Part shown: piece by piece, positions 1-10,524 of the stretch | How the letters are laid out: the number at the start of each line of letters is the position of its first letter | Position numbering within the stretch: the first letter of the stretch is position 1 | Virus record (IMG/VR): IMGVR_UViG_3300031992_000040 | Location: 32,001 to 96,000 of that record | Strand: one strand, 5' to 3' | Source of the DNA: a virus | Taxonomy: Duplodnaviria > Caudoviricetes | DNA: 64,000 nt | Translations under genes and position numbers: made by a program | The notes under the pieces: model-generated | Seen by the model: only the letters and a program-made list of their open reading frames with translations | Told to the model about the DNA's origin: nothing | Databases searched by the model: none

Positions 1-2
1 AA

Positions 3-3000
3 ACTATAGACAAATTTAAAGAATTAAAAAAGATAGTTGACGATAGTTCATCTAGCTATACTGAATATAAACAAGCAAAAGAAGAATTGAAACAATTACA
101 AGAAGAATTAATTAAACAGTATGGAAAAGAAGCAGAGGGAATAGATTTAGTAAATGGTTCTTTAAGTGAGCAAGCTGAGAAAATCAAACAAATAAAACAA
201 GAGTCTGCAAAAGCATTTTTAAATGAACCAAAAAATCAAGTAGCATATGAGACTGCTAAAAGCAAAGTTTATGGTAAAAATAGTTATACTAGAACTATGG
301 GAACCGGTGCTGATTGGCATTATAGTTATGATACTGATTGGGCTTATAAACATAAAGAAATTACTAAAGAAGAAAAAACTAAATTAGATAATAACAAAAA
401 GACATATGAAAAATATGTAAAAGATATACAGGCTTTGGCTAATAAATATGGAAGAGTCATAAATAGCGTAGATATTTCGGGATATTTTGATTTTGAAACA
501 AAAAGCGTAGATAAATCAAAGAAAATGTTAACCGAATGGCAAGAATATTTGCAGAAAAACAAAGATAAACTGATTTCTGCCGGTGTTATGAGCGAAAGCA
601 CATATAATTATACATTTAAACAAATTCAAGAAGAATTAGATGAGATAGAAAAAAAATTCGGAACTTTCTATAAAACATTAGATGAAAATAATAAGATGCT
701 TTTAGAATCTAAAGGGTATAGTTCTTTTATAGACGACCTAGAAGCGTTAGCGCAAGAAAGCGTTTTAACAGAAGATGCGATTCAAAAATTATTAGAGAAA
801 TATCCTGGGTTAGAGGCTGTTTTAAAACAAAATGGACAAACGATTAGTAAGATAGCCAAAGAACATCAAAACTATAGGCAGGTCGTTGATTCTATAGGTA
901 GTTCTTTGGGGGATAAATATACTGAAAGTATAAAGAAAATGGTTCTGGAAAATGATTTGGGAGTAGAGTCATTTGAAAGATTAAAAAAAGAATATCCAGA
1001 ATTACAAACATTGTTAGACCAATATGGTATGTCTTTAGATGATTATGCAAAAAAAATAGAATCATTAGTAAAAGACCATTTAGATTGGGATTATCAGTTA
1101 CAACTTTTTAATAATTCTATGGATTCATTACAGACTTCTTTTAATGCATTAAAAGCTGCTCAAGAAGAATATAATGAGCAAGGATTTATAACAGTAGATA
1201 CTCTTCAAGCTTTATTAAAGCTTGATGAAGAGCAATTAGTGAATCTTGTAGATAAGAATGGTAAAATTAAACTTAATACAGATGCTTATAAAATGTTAAC
1301 CGCAGCAAAATTAGATGAAATGCTAGCAACAGAAGAACAGCGTCATTATGATGAAGTTTATAGGCTTCAACAACAGTTGACAAATCAAACGACAAAAGAA
1401 TCTACGGGTTGGTTTGCTGCTTTGTGGAATGTTATAAGGGGAGGTAAAGAACCTGTAACTCAAGCCAAAAAAACTTTGGCTGATTTAGAATCAGAAATTA
1501 GGTCTGCTGGAGATTCTGCAAAAGATATACAGGCGGCATTAACGAAAGAAAACGAATTACACAATGCAAGGGTTACTTTAATAAAAAAAACAAAAGTGGG
1601 ATTAAAAGATGTTAATACACTTTTGGGAAGCACAGCTTCTAAATCAGCAAAAAATACTCGTAATGCATCTAAGGCTACTTCTTCTACTAAAGAATGGTGG
1701 GAAGAACAACTTTCAGCTTTAAAAGACCAATATAATTATAATGAAATAACGATAGAGCAATATATATCAGCGTTAGAAAAGCTTTTAAGTAAAGTTCAAA
1801 AAGGAACTGAAGCTTATCGTAAAATTAATGAAGAGCTTGGAAAACAAAAATTAAATCAAATTCAAGATTCTTATAAAAGAGGAACGATTAGTCTTGATGA
1901 ATATTTAAAGAAATTAAAAGAGCTAATTAAAACTTATAAAGAAGGTTCTCAAGCTTGGTTGGATATTGCCGATAAGATTAAAAGTGGTCTTCAAGAAAAG
2001 GCCAATAAACAAAAGAGTGATTTAGATACTGCTGAAAAAGCAGCTCTTGGCCTTATAGATGAAGAAATCGATAAGATTAAGAAATTAAAAGAAGAAAAGG
2101 AAAAAGAGCTTGACGCTGAAATAGATGCAAAAAAGAAGTCAAATGACGAAACAGAAAGAGCAATAGAGCTTGCTAGACTCCAAGAGGCATTAGAAAACGC
2201 TAAAAGAGAAAAGACAAAAAGAGTGTGGAGAGAAGGCTTGGGTTGGGTTTGGGAAGCAGACCAACAAGCCATTGCTGATGCTCAAAAAGCTCTTGATGAT
2301 TTTAATTTTGATTCAGAAATTGAAGATTTAGAAAAACAAAAAGAAGAAATGATTAAAAACTTCGATGAGCAAATAGATGCTTTAGAAGCCTATAAAAAGA
2401 TGTGGGAAGATGTTGCTGATGATTATGAAACTCAGCAACAAAGAATAATTCTTGCACAAAAATTAGGCGCTGGTGCTGAGCAAGATATTTTAAATCAAAG
2501 GCTTGAAGCTCTTGAAGAATATAAGAGACAATATTTGGCCACAATGGCTGAAATTGAGAAATATGAAAAAACTCCATCTACGGAATTAGCTAAAGAAGGA
2601 CAAACTACAACAAAGAAACCGGCTTCAAATACCGGTTCAAGTGGAAGTTCCGCTCCAAAATTAGCTGTTGGTTCTTCTGTTAAAGTTAAGAGTGGAGCTA
2701 AATGGTATGCCGATTCTTATGGTGGAGGAAGCAGCGGAAAAGCTAAAAATGGAAAAATAAAATATATTAACTTAAAAGGAACTCATCCATATAATATTGA
2801 TGGTCTTGGATGGGTTAAGAAAACAGATATTCAAGGATATGCCGGAGGGGGTATAGTAGATTATACTGGACTTGCAATGCTTCACGGAACAAAGAATAAA
2901 CCAGAATTTGTATTTAATTCTGAACAAATGAAAAACTTGTTCTATGCTATTGCACATCCAAAATCTTCTGGAGTATTAGCATCTGGAGGAAATACTACTT

Positions 3001-3095
3001 ATAATTTTGGGAATATATCCTTACCGAATGTTACTAATGCTAGACAATTTATATCAGAATTAAAAGCATTAGTTAATGTTCAAAAACATCAATAA
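3..3095 (+). CDS. Tape measure protein, C-terminal part (5'-truncated by window)
   Basis: Frame open from window start; long coiled-coil; TMP-like C-terminal GYAGGG...LHGT..PE.V motif; lies upstream of tail genes. Confidence 0.85.
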   Translation, partial: TIDKFKELKKIVDDSSSSYTEYKQAKEELKQLQEELIKQYGKEAEGIDLVNGSLSEQAEKIKQIKQESAKAFLNEPKNQVAYETAKSKVYGKNSYTRTMGTGADWHYSYDTDWAYKHKEITKEEKTKLDNNKKTYEKYVKDIQALANKYGRVINSVDISGYFDFETKSVDKSKKMLTEWQEYLQKNKDKLISAGVMSESTYNYTFKQIQEELDEIEKKFGTFYKTLDENNKMLLESKGYSSFIDDLEALAQESVLTEDAIQKLLEKYPGLEAVLKQNGQTISKIAKEHQNYRQVVDSIGSSLGDKYTESIKKMVLENDLGVESFERLKKEYPELQTLLDQYGMSLDDYAKKIESLVKDHLDWDYQLQLFNNSMDSLQTSFNALKAAQEEYNEQGFITVDTLQALLKLDEEQLVNLVDKNGKIKLNTDAYKMLTAAKLDEMLATEEQRHYDEVYRLQQQLTNQTTKESTGWFAALWNVIRGGKEPVTQAKKTLADLESEIRSAGDSAKDIQAALTKENELHNARVTLIKKTKVGLKDVNTLLGSTASKSAKNTRNASKATSSTKEWWEEQLSALKDQYNYNEITIEQYISALEKLLSKVQKGTEAYRKINEELGKQKLNQIQDSYKRGTISLDEYLKKLKELIKTYKEGSQAWLDIADKIKSGLQEKANKQKSDLDTAEKAALGLIDEEIDKIKKLKEEKEKELDAEIDAKKKSNDETERAIELARLQEALENAKREKTKRVWREGLGWVWEADQQAIADAQKALDDFNFDSEIEDLEKQKEEMIKNFDEQIDALEAYKKMWEDVADDYETQQQRIILAQKLGAGAEQDILNQRLEALEEYKRQYLATMAEIEKYEKTPSTELAKEGQTTTKKPASNTGSSGSSAPKLAVGSSVKVKSGAKWYADSYGGGSSGKAKNGKIKYINLKGTHPYNIDGLGWVKKTDIQGYAGGGIVDYTGLAMLHGTKNKPEFVFNSEQMKNLFYAIAHPKSSGVLASGGNTTYNFGNISLPNVTNARQFISELKALVNVQKHQ

Positions 3096-3107
3096 AAGAA
3101 GTGAGAT

Positions 3108-3127
3108 GGGCTCTTATGAGCCCTTTC
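3108..3127 (+). terminator. Possible intrinsic terminator
   Basis: GGGCTC-TTAT-GAGCCC hairpin followed by TTTC (short U tract). Confidence 0.5.
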
Positions 3128-3148
3128 AATAATTAAGGAGGAATTAAA

Positions 3149-3496
3149 ATGATAAAAATTAAACACAGATTCCACGATAACACTTCTAGCGATGGTAATG
3201 GTCAAGATTACCTTGTTGGAAACAAATCAAATGGGGCAGTTATGGCTGTTTCTTGTGGAGACTTAAACGAAAATCCAACTGCTACTGCTGCTACAATGAC
3301 TTTTTATGGAAAAGCAACAGGAAGCAAACAATATATACCTATAAATGCGATTAGAACAAGTGATTTCTCTTTGCAAAAAACGGGTGAAATGAATGAAGTG
3401 TATTTAATCGATTGCACTTCATTTGAAGGAATAAGAGTCACTTTATCTGGGGTAACAGGAGGTAAAGTAACCGTAATAGGGGAGGTCGTTGAATAA
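3149..3496 (+). CDS. Small virion/tail-associated hypothetical protein
   Basis: AAGGAGG RBS; beta-rich; stop overlaps start of next gene. Confidence 0.6.
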   Translation: MIKIKHRFHDNTSSDGNGQDYLVGNKSNGAVMAVSCGDLNENPTATAATMTFYGKATGSKQYIPINAIRTSDFSLQKTGEMNEVYLIDCTSFEGIRVTLSGVTGGKVTVIGEVVE

Positions 3497-6400
3497 TGGC
3501 AGCAGATATAATTGCTAGAGGAATGGCAGCAACAGCCATTAGACCCGGTGAAGATGGAAAAATTCCAGCTTCCTACTTACCTAGTTATGTTGACGATGTT
3601 GTTGATTTAATAGCCATTGATGAGACAGCTCCTGCTGTATGTGAAGAAGGTGACAAATATTATAATTCTGTAGATAAGCTAATTTATACTGCTACAGGAA
3701 CAAATACTTGGGGCTCTTCTGGAGAAGCTCCATTACAAGGTAAAATATATATAAATATGGCGCAACAACCATCAACAAGTTATAGATGGGATGGAAATAA
3801 TCTTGTTTTAATTGGTGGTGCTGGTCAAATAATTCAGTATAATGAAATGCCAACTCCAGAGTCAAATATTCTTGGGAAAATAATTCAATATACTGGCGAA
3901 AATGATGGAAATTACGTAAAAGGATATTATTATATATGTGTCAGCGATGGCAATGACCCTGCGACATATAGCTGGTCTAATATTGGAGTTCAGGGATGCG
4001 AAAACTTTATGTCTATTGATGCCGATGGATGTTGGAACATAACAAATGTTAAGCCAGGGGTTTATTTTTATCCTAAAGCCGAAGTTTCTGGTCAAACTAC
4101 TCCGGAAGGATTTCCTGCCTTTTCTATTCAAGTAGAAGAAGTTAAATTGGCAAATTTGATTTCTGCCGAAAATGGGGTTAGAATATTTAAAAGTCCATTA
4201 GAGGCCGAAACCGGAGATATTGTTCTTGAAACATATTATCATGAAGGCCCTTGTATAAAAAGACTTACTTTAGCAAAAACAGCTAATAGCTGGGCAGAAA
4301 CTTATAATAATATTCTTGTTTATGTGGATTCTGGAAGCGACCAGAGTATTGCTGGAACGAAAACTTTTAATGCTTTGCCACAGAGTTCGGCTGTTCCATA
4401 TTTAGATAATCATCTTGTTAATAAAAAATTTGTTGATGATAACTTTTTAGGAACAAAAGTAATGATGCCTGCCGCATCAGCAAATTATCTTAATAAAATA
4501 GTAGAATATGTAGGAGATACAAACGCAAATTATACACACGGATATTTTTATGAATGTATTTCTGATGGTGAAGACCCAGCAACTTATAGTTGGGAAAATA
4601 TAAATGTTCAAGAGGGTTCAACTATTCAATATACTGTAATGCCAGAACCAACGGAGGAATTGTTAGGAACTGTTGTTCAATATGTTGGAGAAGACAATGG
4701 GGATTATGTAAAGAATTGGTTTTATGAATGTGGATACTACGATGGAATAGCCAGTGTAGAAAGTGTTACGGGTGATATAGAGGCAACTGTTGATTCTTCA
4801 ACTTTTAATAATTATGTTTTCTATAATATTGGGACTTATACGTTTACATATAATGGTTCTTCTAATCGGTGGGTAATAGATACGAATAGAGTTAAAAGCG
4901 GAGTATTATATCAAAGCGGTTTAACTGTAACTGGAACGCCTGTTGATGGAGACACAATAGTAGTTAAAAATATTGCTAATTATAATTGGCTTCCTGTTCC
5001 TGGATTATCTGAAGGAGCAATAGAGTTTAAAGAATTGAATCCTGATTTAAACGATGATTTTATAAGAAATAAAATAGTTAAAGCTATAAATATTATTATA
5101 GCCCATAATAAAAAATACAATCGATATAATCAAGGTGGAGAAAGATGTCATACAGGTATTTATATTTATGCCGATGGTTATAAAGAAATTGTTGGCATGA
5201 CTTTCAGTTCTGTTCCTTCTCCTACTTCTCATAGATGTCTAATTAATTTAATTTTTTCGAGCGAGGTTTTTGCTAATGTAATGCCACAATATAACACACA
5301 TTATGGTCTTAAATATGAAATGATAGGTTCTGCAACTCAAGCAGCAGTATATATTGATGGGGAAGAATATCAAAACGGTTATATAACAGACGTTTATTCT
5401 AATACTAGCAATGTTAATTACTATGGAAGATTAAGTTTTACTAATACTGCAAGAAATATAACATTTAGCAATACTGGTTACGATGGGCTTCCTCTTGGAA
5501 CTTTAAATGATGATGCTTATACACCAACAGCATCTTATCATCCTGCAACAAAAAAATATGTGGATGGAATATTTAATAATTCTAAAACGGTCAAAGATTT
5601 ATATTTAATAGATTCTCAAGGAACAATTTCCGACACAAACACATTAGAAGAAGGAGATTCATATACATATAGTATTACTTCTTCCTCTGGACAATCTAAT
5701 TCTTATTTGCAATATACATTTACAGAACCGCTTAATTTAACATTAAATTCTCATATAATAATAGATTCCGCAATGAAGATTAATGTCTCTGCTACTTGGG
5801 TAAATTTCTTCTTTTATATTTATAGAGGAAATCAATGGATTTTAACAGGAGATAATAAAGGACAGCCTAATTCAGAGTGCGTTGTATCTGGTTCTATTGC
5901 CGAAAAGCAAATATATATAACAAATCTTCAGACAAATAGTGCTGTAAGCAACTTGTTAAATGCTGATGGAACAATTACTATTCAAGCCGGAGATGTTTTA
6001 AGAATAAGTGAAAATAAAAGGATTAATCCTGCTAATGGATTTATTCTTACTTTTATAAGTTCTTATGATATGCCTTGTAATATAAAAATACAATATGGGG
6101 CTATAGGTGCAAGTTCAGTAATCGATACAATAAATAACGAAACAAAAACACAACATGAATGGAACTCTATTTTTGCAAATAGTAGTTTAGCTTTTGATTT
6201 ATTACCTGAAACATCTTTCAATGAACCTTTTGATTTATTGACTGCCAAACAAGGCTCATATGTAAGTGCTGGTGGCGCAATCGGAGCTTCGTCTTATTTT
6301 AGTTATGGAGACGACTTAAAGTTTAGTTCTTCTAATGTTATAGATTTATTGATTTTAAATGACTTTGAGAAAGCTCAGATAGGTGAAATATTCGCAATAG

Positions 6401-7401
6401 TAAGAGGTCAGACAAATACCTATATACAATATAATGTTGTTAGCAAAACAGCGAATGGAGCTTCTGTAGCATCCAGAACTGGCATAAATGTTCCATCGAC
6501 TTATTACGTAGATACGATTAAAAGTAATTTTGCTGCTGATTGGACTCCTATTTCTTATAATCCAGGTGATTATGTTATAGGAGCTAATGGACAATTATAT
6601 AAATGTATTATTAAAACAACCGCTGGTCATTCATTTAATATTAATGAGTGGACTCTTGTAAAAGTTACGGATATATTAAAAACTATTCAAGAGGAAACGG
6701 TTAAAATAAATGAAGGAGTATTTAGACTAACTCAATCAAGCTCAATGGCCGATATATTAGCTGCCTTTGGTGGAGAAACCGATTTAAATACTTTAATTGA
6801 TAAATTAAACAATGGCGCTAGAGCTTATGTTAGCTATGATGCTACGGTTGAAAATCCTAGAGTTTACACTGTTGATTGCTCATCTAATGTAAGAGATGAA
6901 AGAACAGATGGCAGTGGAACTGTTATTTTAGCTTTTGAATACAATACGGGTGAAAGAATTGTTGGTGGAGCTTATACATTTACATTTACTGATAGTTTGG
7001 TAACTAATGCAATAGCTACTGTAACTGCTATCGATTGCGTAACTACCGAAACAAATCAAACAATTTCTGGTAAAAAAACATTTACTACGCTTCCAGAAAG
7101 TTCAATAGCTCCTACTTCTGATAACCAACTTGTTAATAAAAAGTATGTTGATGATAATGCTGGTGGAGGCGGATTCGATGTCTCTCAACTTGGATTTGAT
7201 GCTTTCTCAGACCAATCAACTTATGCTGTTGGAGATTTTGTAACTTATAATAACAAGGTGTATAAATGCACTACCGCTGTTACTACGGCTGGAGCTTGGA
7301 ACGCTGCTAACTGGACAGAATCTAGTATGAAAGGATATGTCGATAGCATAGTTGGAGATATTAACTCTGTTCTTGCATTGTTGACAACTCCATCAAATTA
7401 G
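3496..7401 (+). CDS. Large tail fibre/adhesin-like structural protein with internal repeats and CBM5/12-like modules
   Basis: Three IQY..MP..G.I.QY.GE repeats; two KTF..LP.SS..P..DN.LVNKK.VDDN repeats; Y..GD.V...YKC..W motifs. Confidence 0.7.
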   Translation: MAADIIARGMAATAIRPGEDGKIPASYLPSYVDDVVDLIAIDETAPAVCEEGDKYYNSVDKLIYTATGTNTWGSSGEAPLQGKIYINMAQQPSTSYRWDGNNLVLIGGAGQIIQYNEMPTPESNILGKIIQYTGENDGNYVKGYYYICVSDGNDPATYSWSNIGVQGCENFMSIDADGCWNITNVKPGVYFYPKAEVSGQTTPEGFPAFSIQVEEVKLANLISAENGVRIFKSPLEAETGDIVLETYYHEGPCIKRLTLAKTANSWAETYNNILVYVDSGSDQSIAGTKTFNALPQSSAVPYLDNHLVNKKFVDDNFLGTKVMMPAASANYLNKIVEYVGDTNANYTHGYFYECISDGEDPATYSWENINVQEGSTIQYTVMPEPTEELLGTVVQYVGEDNGDYVKNWFYECGYYDGIASVESVTGDIEATVDSSTFNNYVFYNIGTYTFTYNGSSNRWVIDTNRVKSGVLYQSGLTVTGTPVDGDTIVVKNIANYNWLPVPGLSEGAIEFKELNPDLNDDFIRNKIVKAINIIIAHNKKYNRYNQGGERCHTGIYIYADGYKEIVGMTFSSVPSPTSHRCLINLIFSSEVFANVMPQYNTHYGLKYEMIGSATQAAVYIDGEEYQNGYITDVYSNTSNVNYYGRLSFTNTARNITFSNTGYDGLPLGTLNDDAYTPTASYHPATKKYVDGIFNNSKTVKDLYLIDSQGTISDTNTLEEGDSYTYSITSSSGQSNSYLQYTFTEPLNLTLNSHIIIDSAMKINVSATWVNFFFYIYRGNQWILTGDNKGQPNSECVVSGSIAEKQIYITNLQTNSAVSNLLNADGTITIQAGDVLRISENKRINPANGFILTFISSYDMPCNIKIQYGAIGASSVIDTINNETKTQHEWNSIFANSSLAFDLLPETSFNEPFDLLTAKQGSYVSAGGAIGASSYFSYGDDLKFSSSNVIDLLILNDFEKAQIGEIFAIVRGQTNTYIQYNVVSKTANGASVASRTGINVPSTYYVDTIKSNFAADWTPISYNPGDYVIGANGQLYKCIIKTTAGHSFNINEWTLVKVTDILKTIQEETVKINEGVFRLTQSSSMADILAAFGGETDLNTLIDKLNNGARAYVSYDATVENPRVYTVDCSSNVRDERTDGSGTVILAFEYNTGERIVGGAYTFTFTDSLVTNAIATVTAIDCVTTETNQTISGKKTFTTLPESSIAPTSDNQLVNKKYVDDNAGGGGFDVSQLGFDAFSDQSTYAVGDFVTYNNKVYKCTTAVTTAGAWNAANWTESSMKGYVDSIVGDINSVLALLTTPSN

Positions 7402-7419
7402 AGATAGAGAGGTGGTTAT

Positions 7420-9456
7420 ATGATAACAACAGAAGACTACCTTCGTAGTTTAATAAATGATAGAAATAAAATAATAAACAAGATTGAGGCACACGGTGAT
7501 AGTGTGCCTTCCAATCCTACTTTTGGTGAATTAGCAAATATTTATAATAATACTTCATTACTTCCTTATGATTATTCTCCAAGAGGTTTGTTTTCTCCAA
7601 ACATAGCAACTATATATACTGTTGAACCTCAAGTTTATCTATATACTAAGTTTACAAATAATTTATCTGGCTTTTATTCTGGTTTATATGGTGGAAATGT
7701 TCAAAATATGGATGCTTCTAATGCGACTGCGGGCGTAAATGCGTTTTTTAGTGTTAGTTCTTTAAATTTAAACGGTGCAAATTTTAATAATATGATAAAT
7801 ATTGACGGTATGTTTGCTAATACGAGTGGAAACGCTTTTATAAATAATATAAAATTTGGAAATGTTATTACGGCTTCAAATTTATTTAGTAATTCTAATA
7901 TTTCTACAATCGATGTCAACTTATCAAATCTTCAAAATGCGGCTTCTATGTTTGAAAATTGTGTCAACTTAACTTCTGTTGCAGGAAATATTGGTGATTC
8001 TGGAAGTCTAACCAATATGTATCATATGTATTCTGGATGCGGCAACCTACAAAATATTCCAAATGTTGTTATAAGAGATAATATTTCAAATATAGAAGGT
8101 ATTTTGCGAATAAATGATTCAACTATGTTAAAAGTTCCTGCTCAATTTAATTTAGATATTCAAGATAATAATCATGCACTTAATTTTTTTCGAGGAGTTT
8201 TTACTTATAGCAATGTTATTAATGTTAGTAATTTGATTATTTCTAACGAAACTCAATCTTCCTCTAATATATTTGGTATATTACAGAATTGTAAAATGTT
8301 GCAGAGTGTATACAATGTTAATTTACCAAAAACTACAACTGGAATAGGTGGAGGATACACAAATTTATTTTATGATTGTGCAAATCTTACGACAGTTTCA
8401 AACTTGAATGTCACGGGCTGTAAAGATATATCTGGTATGTTCAGAAATTGTAAAAAAATTAATAACGTCAGCGTTATTGGTAATTTTTCACAGGTAACGA
8501 ATGCTAGTAATGCATTTTCATATTCAAGTTCTGGTGCCATAGTTACAAACGATACTGCGGATTTTTCTAATGTTGTTAATGCATCATATATGTTTAACAA
8601 TGGAGGAATAAGAAATGGCGTTGTGTTAAAATTTAATAAAGTTATTGATGCCAGTTATATGTTTGCGGAAAATTCTTCGGGATTTTCGGGCCGCGTTGAT
8701 GTTGATATGGGTTATTCTCCAATAGAAAATGCATCGCATATGTTTTATAATCATTCATACACATATCGAATGAATATCACTAATTTAAGATTTGATACAA
8801 TTAAGGATGCTACATATATGTTTAATGCTGTTGGGTCAGGCACAATAAAAAATATAACTGGAAACGGTTATTGTAATTTTGCTAATGCTACAAGTTTAAG
8901 CCAGGCTTTTAGTTATTGTTTTGAAAATGATTTGATACTTGATTTAGGGGTCGATGGAGTAAGTATGTATTCAATATTTTGGAGAAGCAATATAGTAAAT
9001 CTTACTATAATCAATCAGCAAAAAGCAAATCTTTGCTGGGCTTTTCAGGAGTGTTATTTCCCATATATTAACTTAGATATAGATTTGCGAGGGGAGAACT
9101 TACGTTCACAATTTCGCCGCTGCACGAATTTGATTTCATTACCAAATTTTTATAATTATAACGGTTTAGATTGTAGTTATTTTTGTGATTCTTGTTATAA
9201 TCTGGTAGACGTTCCGATTATTGAATTTGCCCCAAATTCTAGTGTTTTGTATGCTTTTCGTTCTTGTAATAATTTAAGTAACGATAGTATTATAAACATA
9301 GCAACTTCTTTGGTTAATGCTGGAACGATGCCTTATATGAATTTTAATTCAACCAATTTTCAAAGTCTATTTTATCAAACAAATATTAATGTTCTTAATT
9401 GTGGTGTTCCGGAAGAAGTTTTAAGTGCTTTGAATGCAAATGGATGGACTTATTAG
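7420..9456 (+). CDS. BspA/DUF285-like leucine-rich repeat protein
   Basis: Repeated N...ASYMF / MF.NC..L motifs; AGAGGTG RBS. Confidence 0.75.
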   Translation: MITTEDYLRSLINDRNKIINKIEAHGDSVPSNPTFGELANIYNNTSLLPYDYSPRGLFSPNIATIYTVEPQVYLYTKFTNNLSGFYSGLYGGNVQNMDASNATAGVNAFFSVSSLNLNGANFNNMINIDGMFANTSGNAFINNIKFGNVITASNLFSNSNISTIDVNLSNLQNAASMFENCVNLTSVAGNIGDSGSLTNMYHMYSGCGNLQNIPNVVIRDNISNIEGILRINDSTMLKVPAQFNLDIQDNNHALNFFRGVFTYSNVINVSNLIISNETQSSSNIFGILQNCKMLQSVYNVNLPKTTTGIGGGYTNLFYDCANLTTVSNLNVTGCKDISGMFRNCKKINNVSVIGNFSQVTNASNAFSYSSSGAIVTNDTADFSNVVNASYMFNNGGIRNGVVLKFNKVIDASYMFAENSSGFSGRVDVDMGYSPIENASHMFYNHSYTYRMNITNLRFDTIKDATYMFNAVGSGTIKNITGNGYCNFANATSLSQAFSYCFENDLILDLGVDGVSMYSIFWRSNIVNLTIINQQKANLCWAFQECYFPYINLDIDLRGENLRSQFRRCTNLISLPNFYNYNGLDCSYFCDSCYNLVDVPIIEFAPNSSVLYAFRSCNNLSNDSIINIATSLVNAGTMPYMNFNSTNFQSLFYQTNINVLNCGVPEEVLSALNANGWTY

Positions 9457-9470
9457 AAAGGGGGATGGTT

Positions 9471-10463
9471 ATGAATTTTAATGATTATGCTAGTATACTT
9501 ATGAATGATATGAATAATTTAAAAATGGCTATGGCTAACAGAACCCTTTCCGATGAAGGGAATCTAACTAATTTGTCTGAAAATTTTTCATATATTGATT
9601 TAAATAATATTTCAGTAATAATACCAGATACATCTTTAAATGTTTATGATATTAGATGTTTAACACCGTTGGCTATAAGCAAATCGTTATATTTGTTTTC
9701 TAATTGTCAGAATATGACAAACATCATAGGATTGCCAAATCAGCTTATGTATGCTCCTGCTATGTTTCGAAATTGTAAAAAACTAACGAACATTCCTAAT
9801 ATAGAGATATTACCTATATTTGACGAAAATCTTTTTTATGAAAATCCTTTGCCTGTGGCAGGAGCTCCTAAAGCAAAAAGTTGCGAATTTATGTTTGCAG
9901 GATGTAATTCGATACAAAATTTAAATGGACTTTCTGGATTTAATCATATTACATCAATAAATAATATATGTAATGGATGTTCTTCTTTGAGAAGTTTTCC
10001 AGCTTTAAATTTAAAAAATTTGGAGACATTTGATGATGCGTTTTATGGGTGTTATCAATTATATAATGTTCCTGATTTTGATACTCCAAAATTGAATGGT
10101 TTTTCAGACGCATTTCATTATTGCCACAATTTAAAAGACGCACCGAATATAAATACTGTTTCAGCAACACGAATGAATAACATTTTTGCTGACTGTAAAA
10201 ATTTGGTTAATGTTCCAGAATATAATACAAGAAATGTTAGATATATGACTCAGGCTTTCGCTCGTTGCAATAATTTGAGTAATGCAAGTGTTATAAATAT
10301 AGTTAATATGTGTATTAATAGTAATGTTACTAATACTCTTTTTGCGAAATATAGAAATTTAAATACGACAAATAACAGAAGTCCATTATATCAGACTAAG
10401 TTTAATAGTTCGTATTATTCAAACCGCATATCAGACCTTACTGCTGCGGGTTGGAAATATTAA
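9471..10463 (+). CDS. BspA-like LRR protein, paralog of upstream gene
   Basis: AF..C..L..P repeats; C-terminus CNNLSN.S.INI...GW.Y shared with 7420-9456; start moved to ATG after GAAAGGGGG. Confidence 0.75.
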   Translation: MNFNDYASILMNDMNNLKMAMANRTLSDEGNLTNLSENFSYIDLNNISVIIPDTSLNVYDIRCLTPLAISKSLYLFSNCQNMTNIIGLPNQLMYAPAMFRNCKKLTNIPNIEILPIFDENLFYENPLPVAGAPKAKSCEFMFAGCNSIQNLNGLSGFNHITSINNICNGCSSLRSFPALNLKNLETFDDAFYGCYQLYNVPDFDTPKLNGFSDAFHYCHNLKDAPNINTVSATRMNNIFADCKNLVNVPEYNTRNVRYMTQAFARCNNLSNASVINIVNMCINSNVTNTLFAKYRNLNTTNNRSPLYQTKFNSSYYSNRISDLTAAGWKY

Positions 10464-10466
10464 AAA

Positions 10467-10491
10467 AAAGAGGCGAGAAATCGTCTCTTTC
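10467..10491 (+). terminator. Intrinsic terminator-like hairpin
   Basis: AAAGAGGCGA-GAAA-TCGTCTCTTT. Confidence 0.65.
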
Positions 10492-10524
10492 TAAAATTAA
10501 AGAAAGAAAGGAAAGAAATAAAAT

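Noticed and set aside
7420-10463. Diversity-generating retroelement acting on the LRR/fibre genes
   Set aside because: No reverse transcriptase and no near-identical TR/VR pair seen in the window
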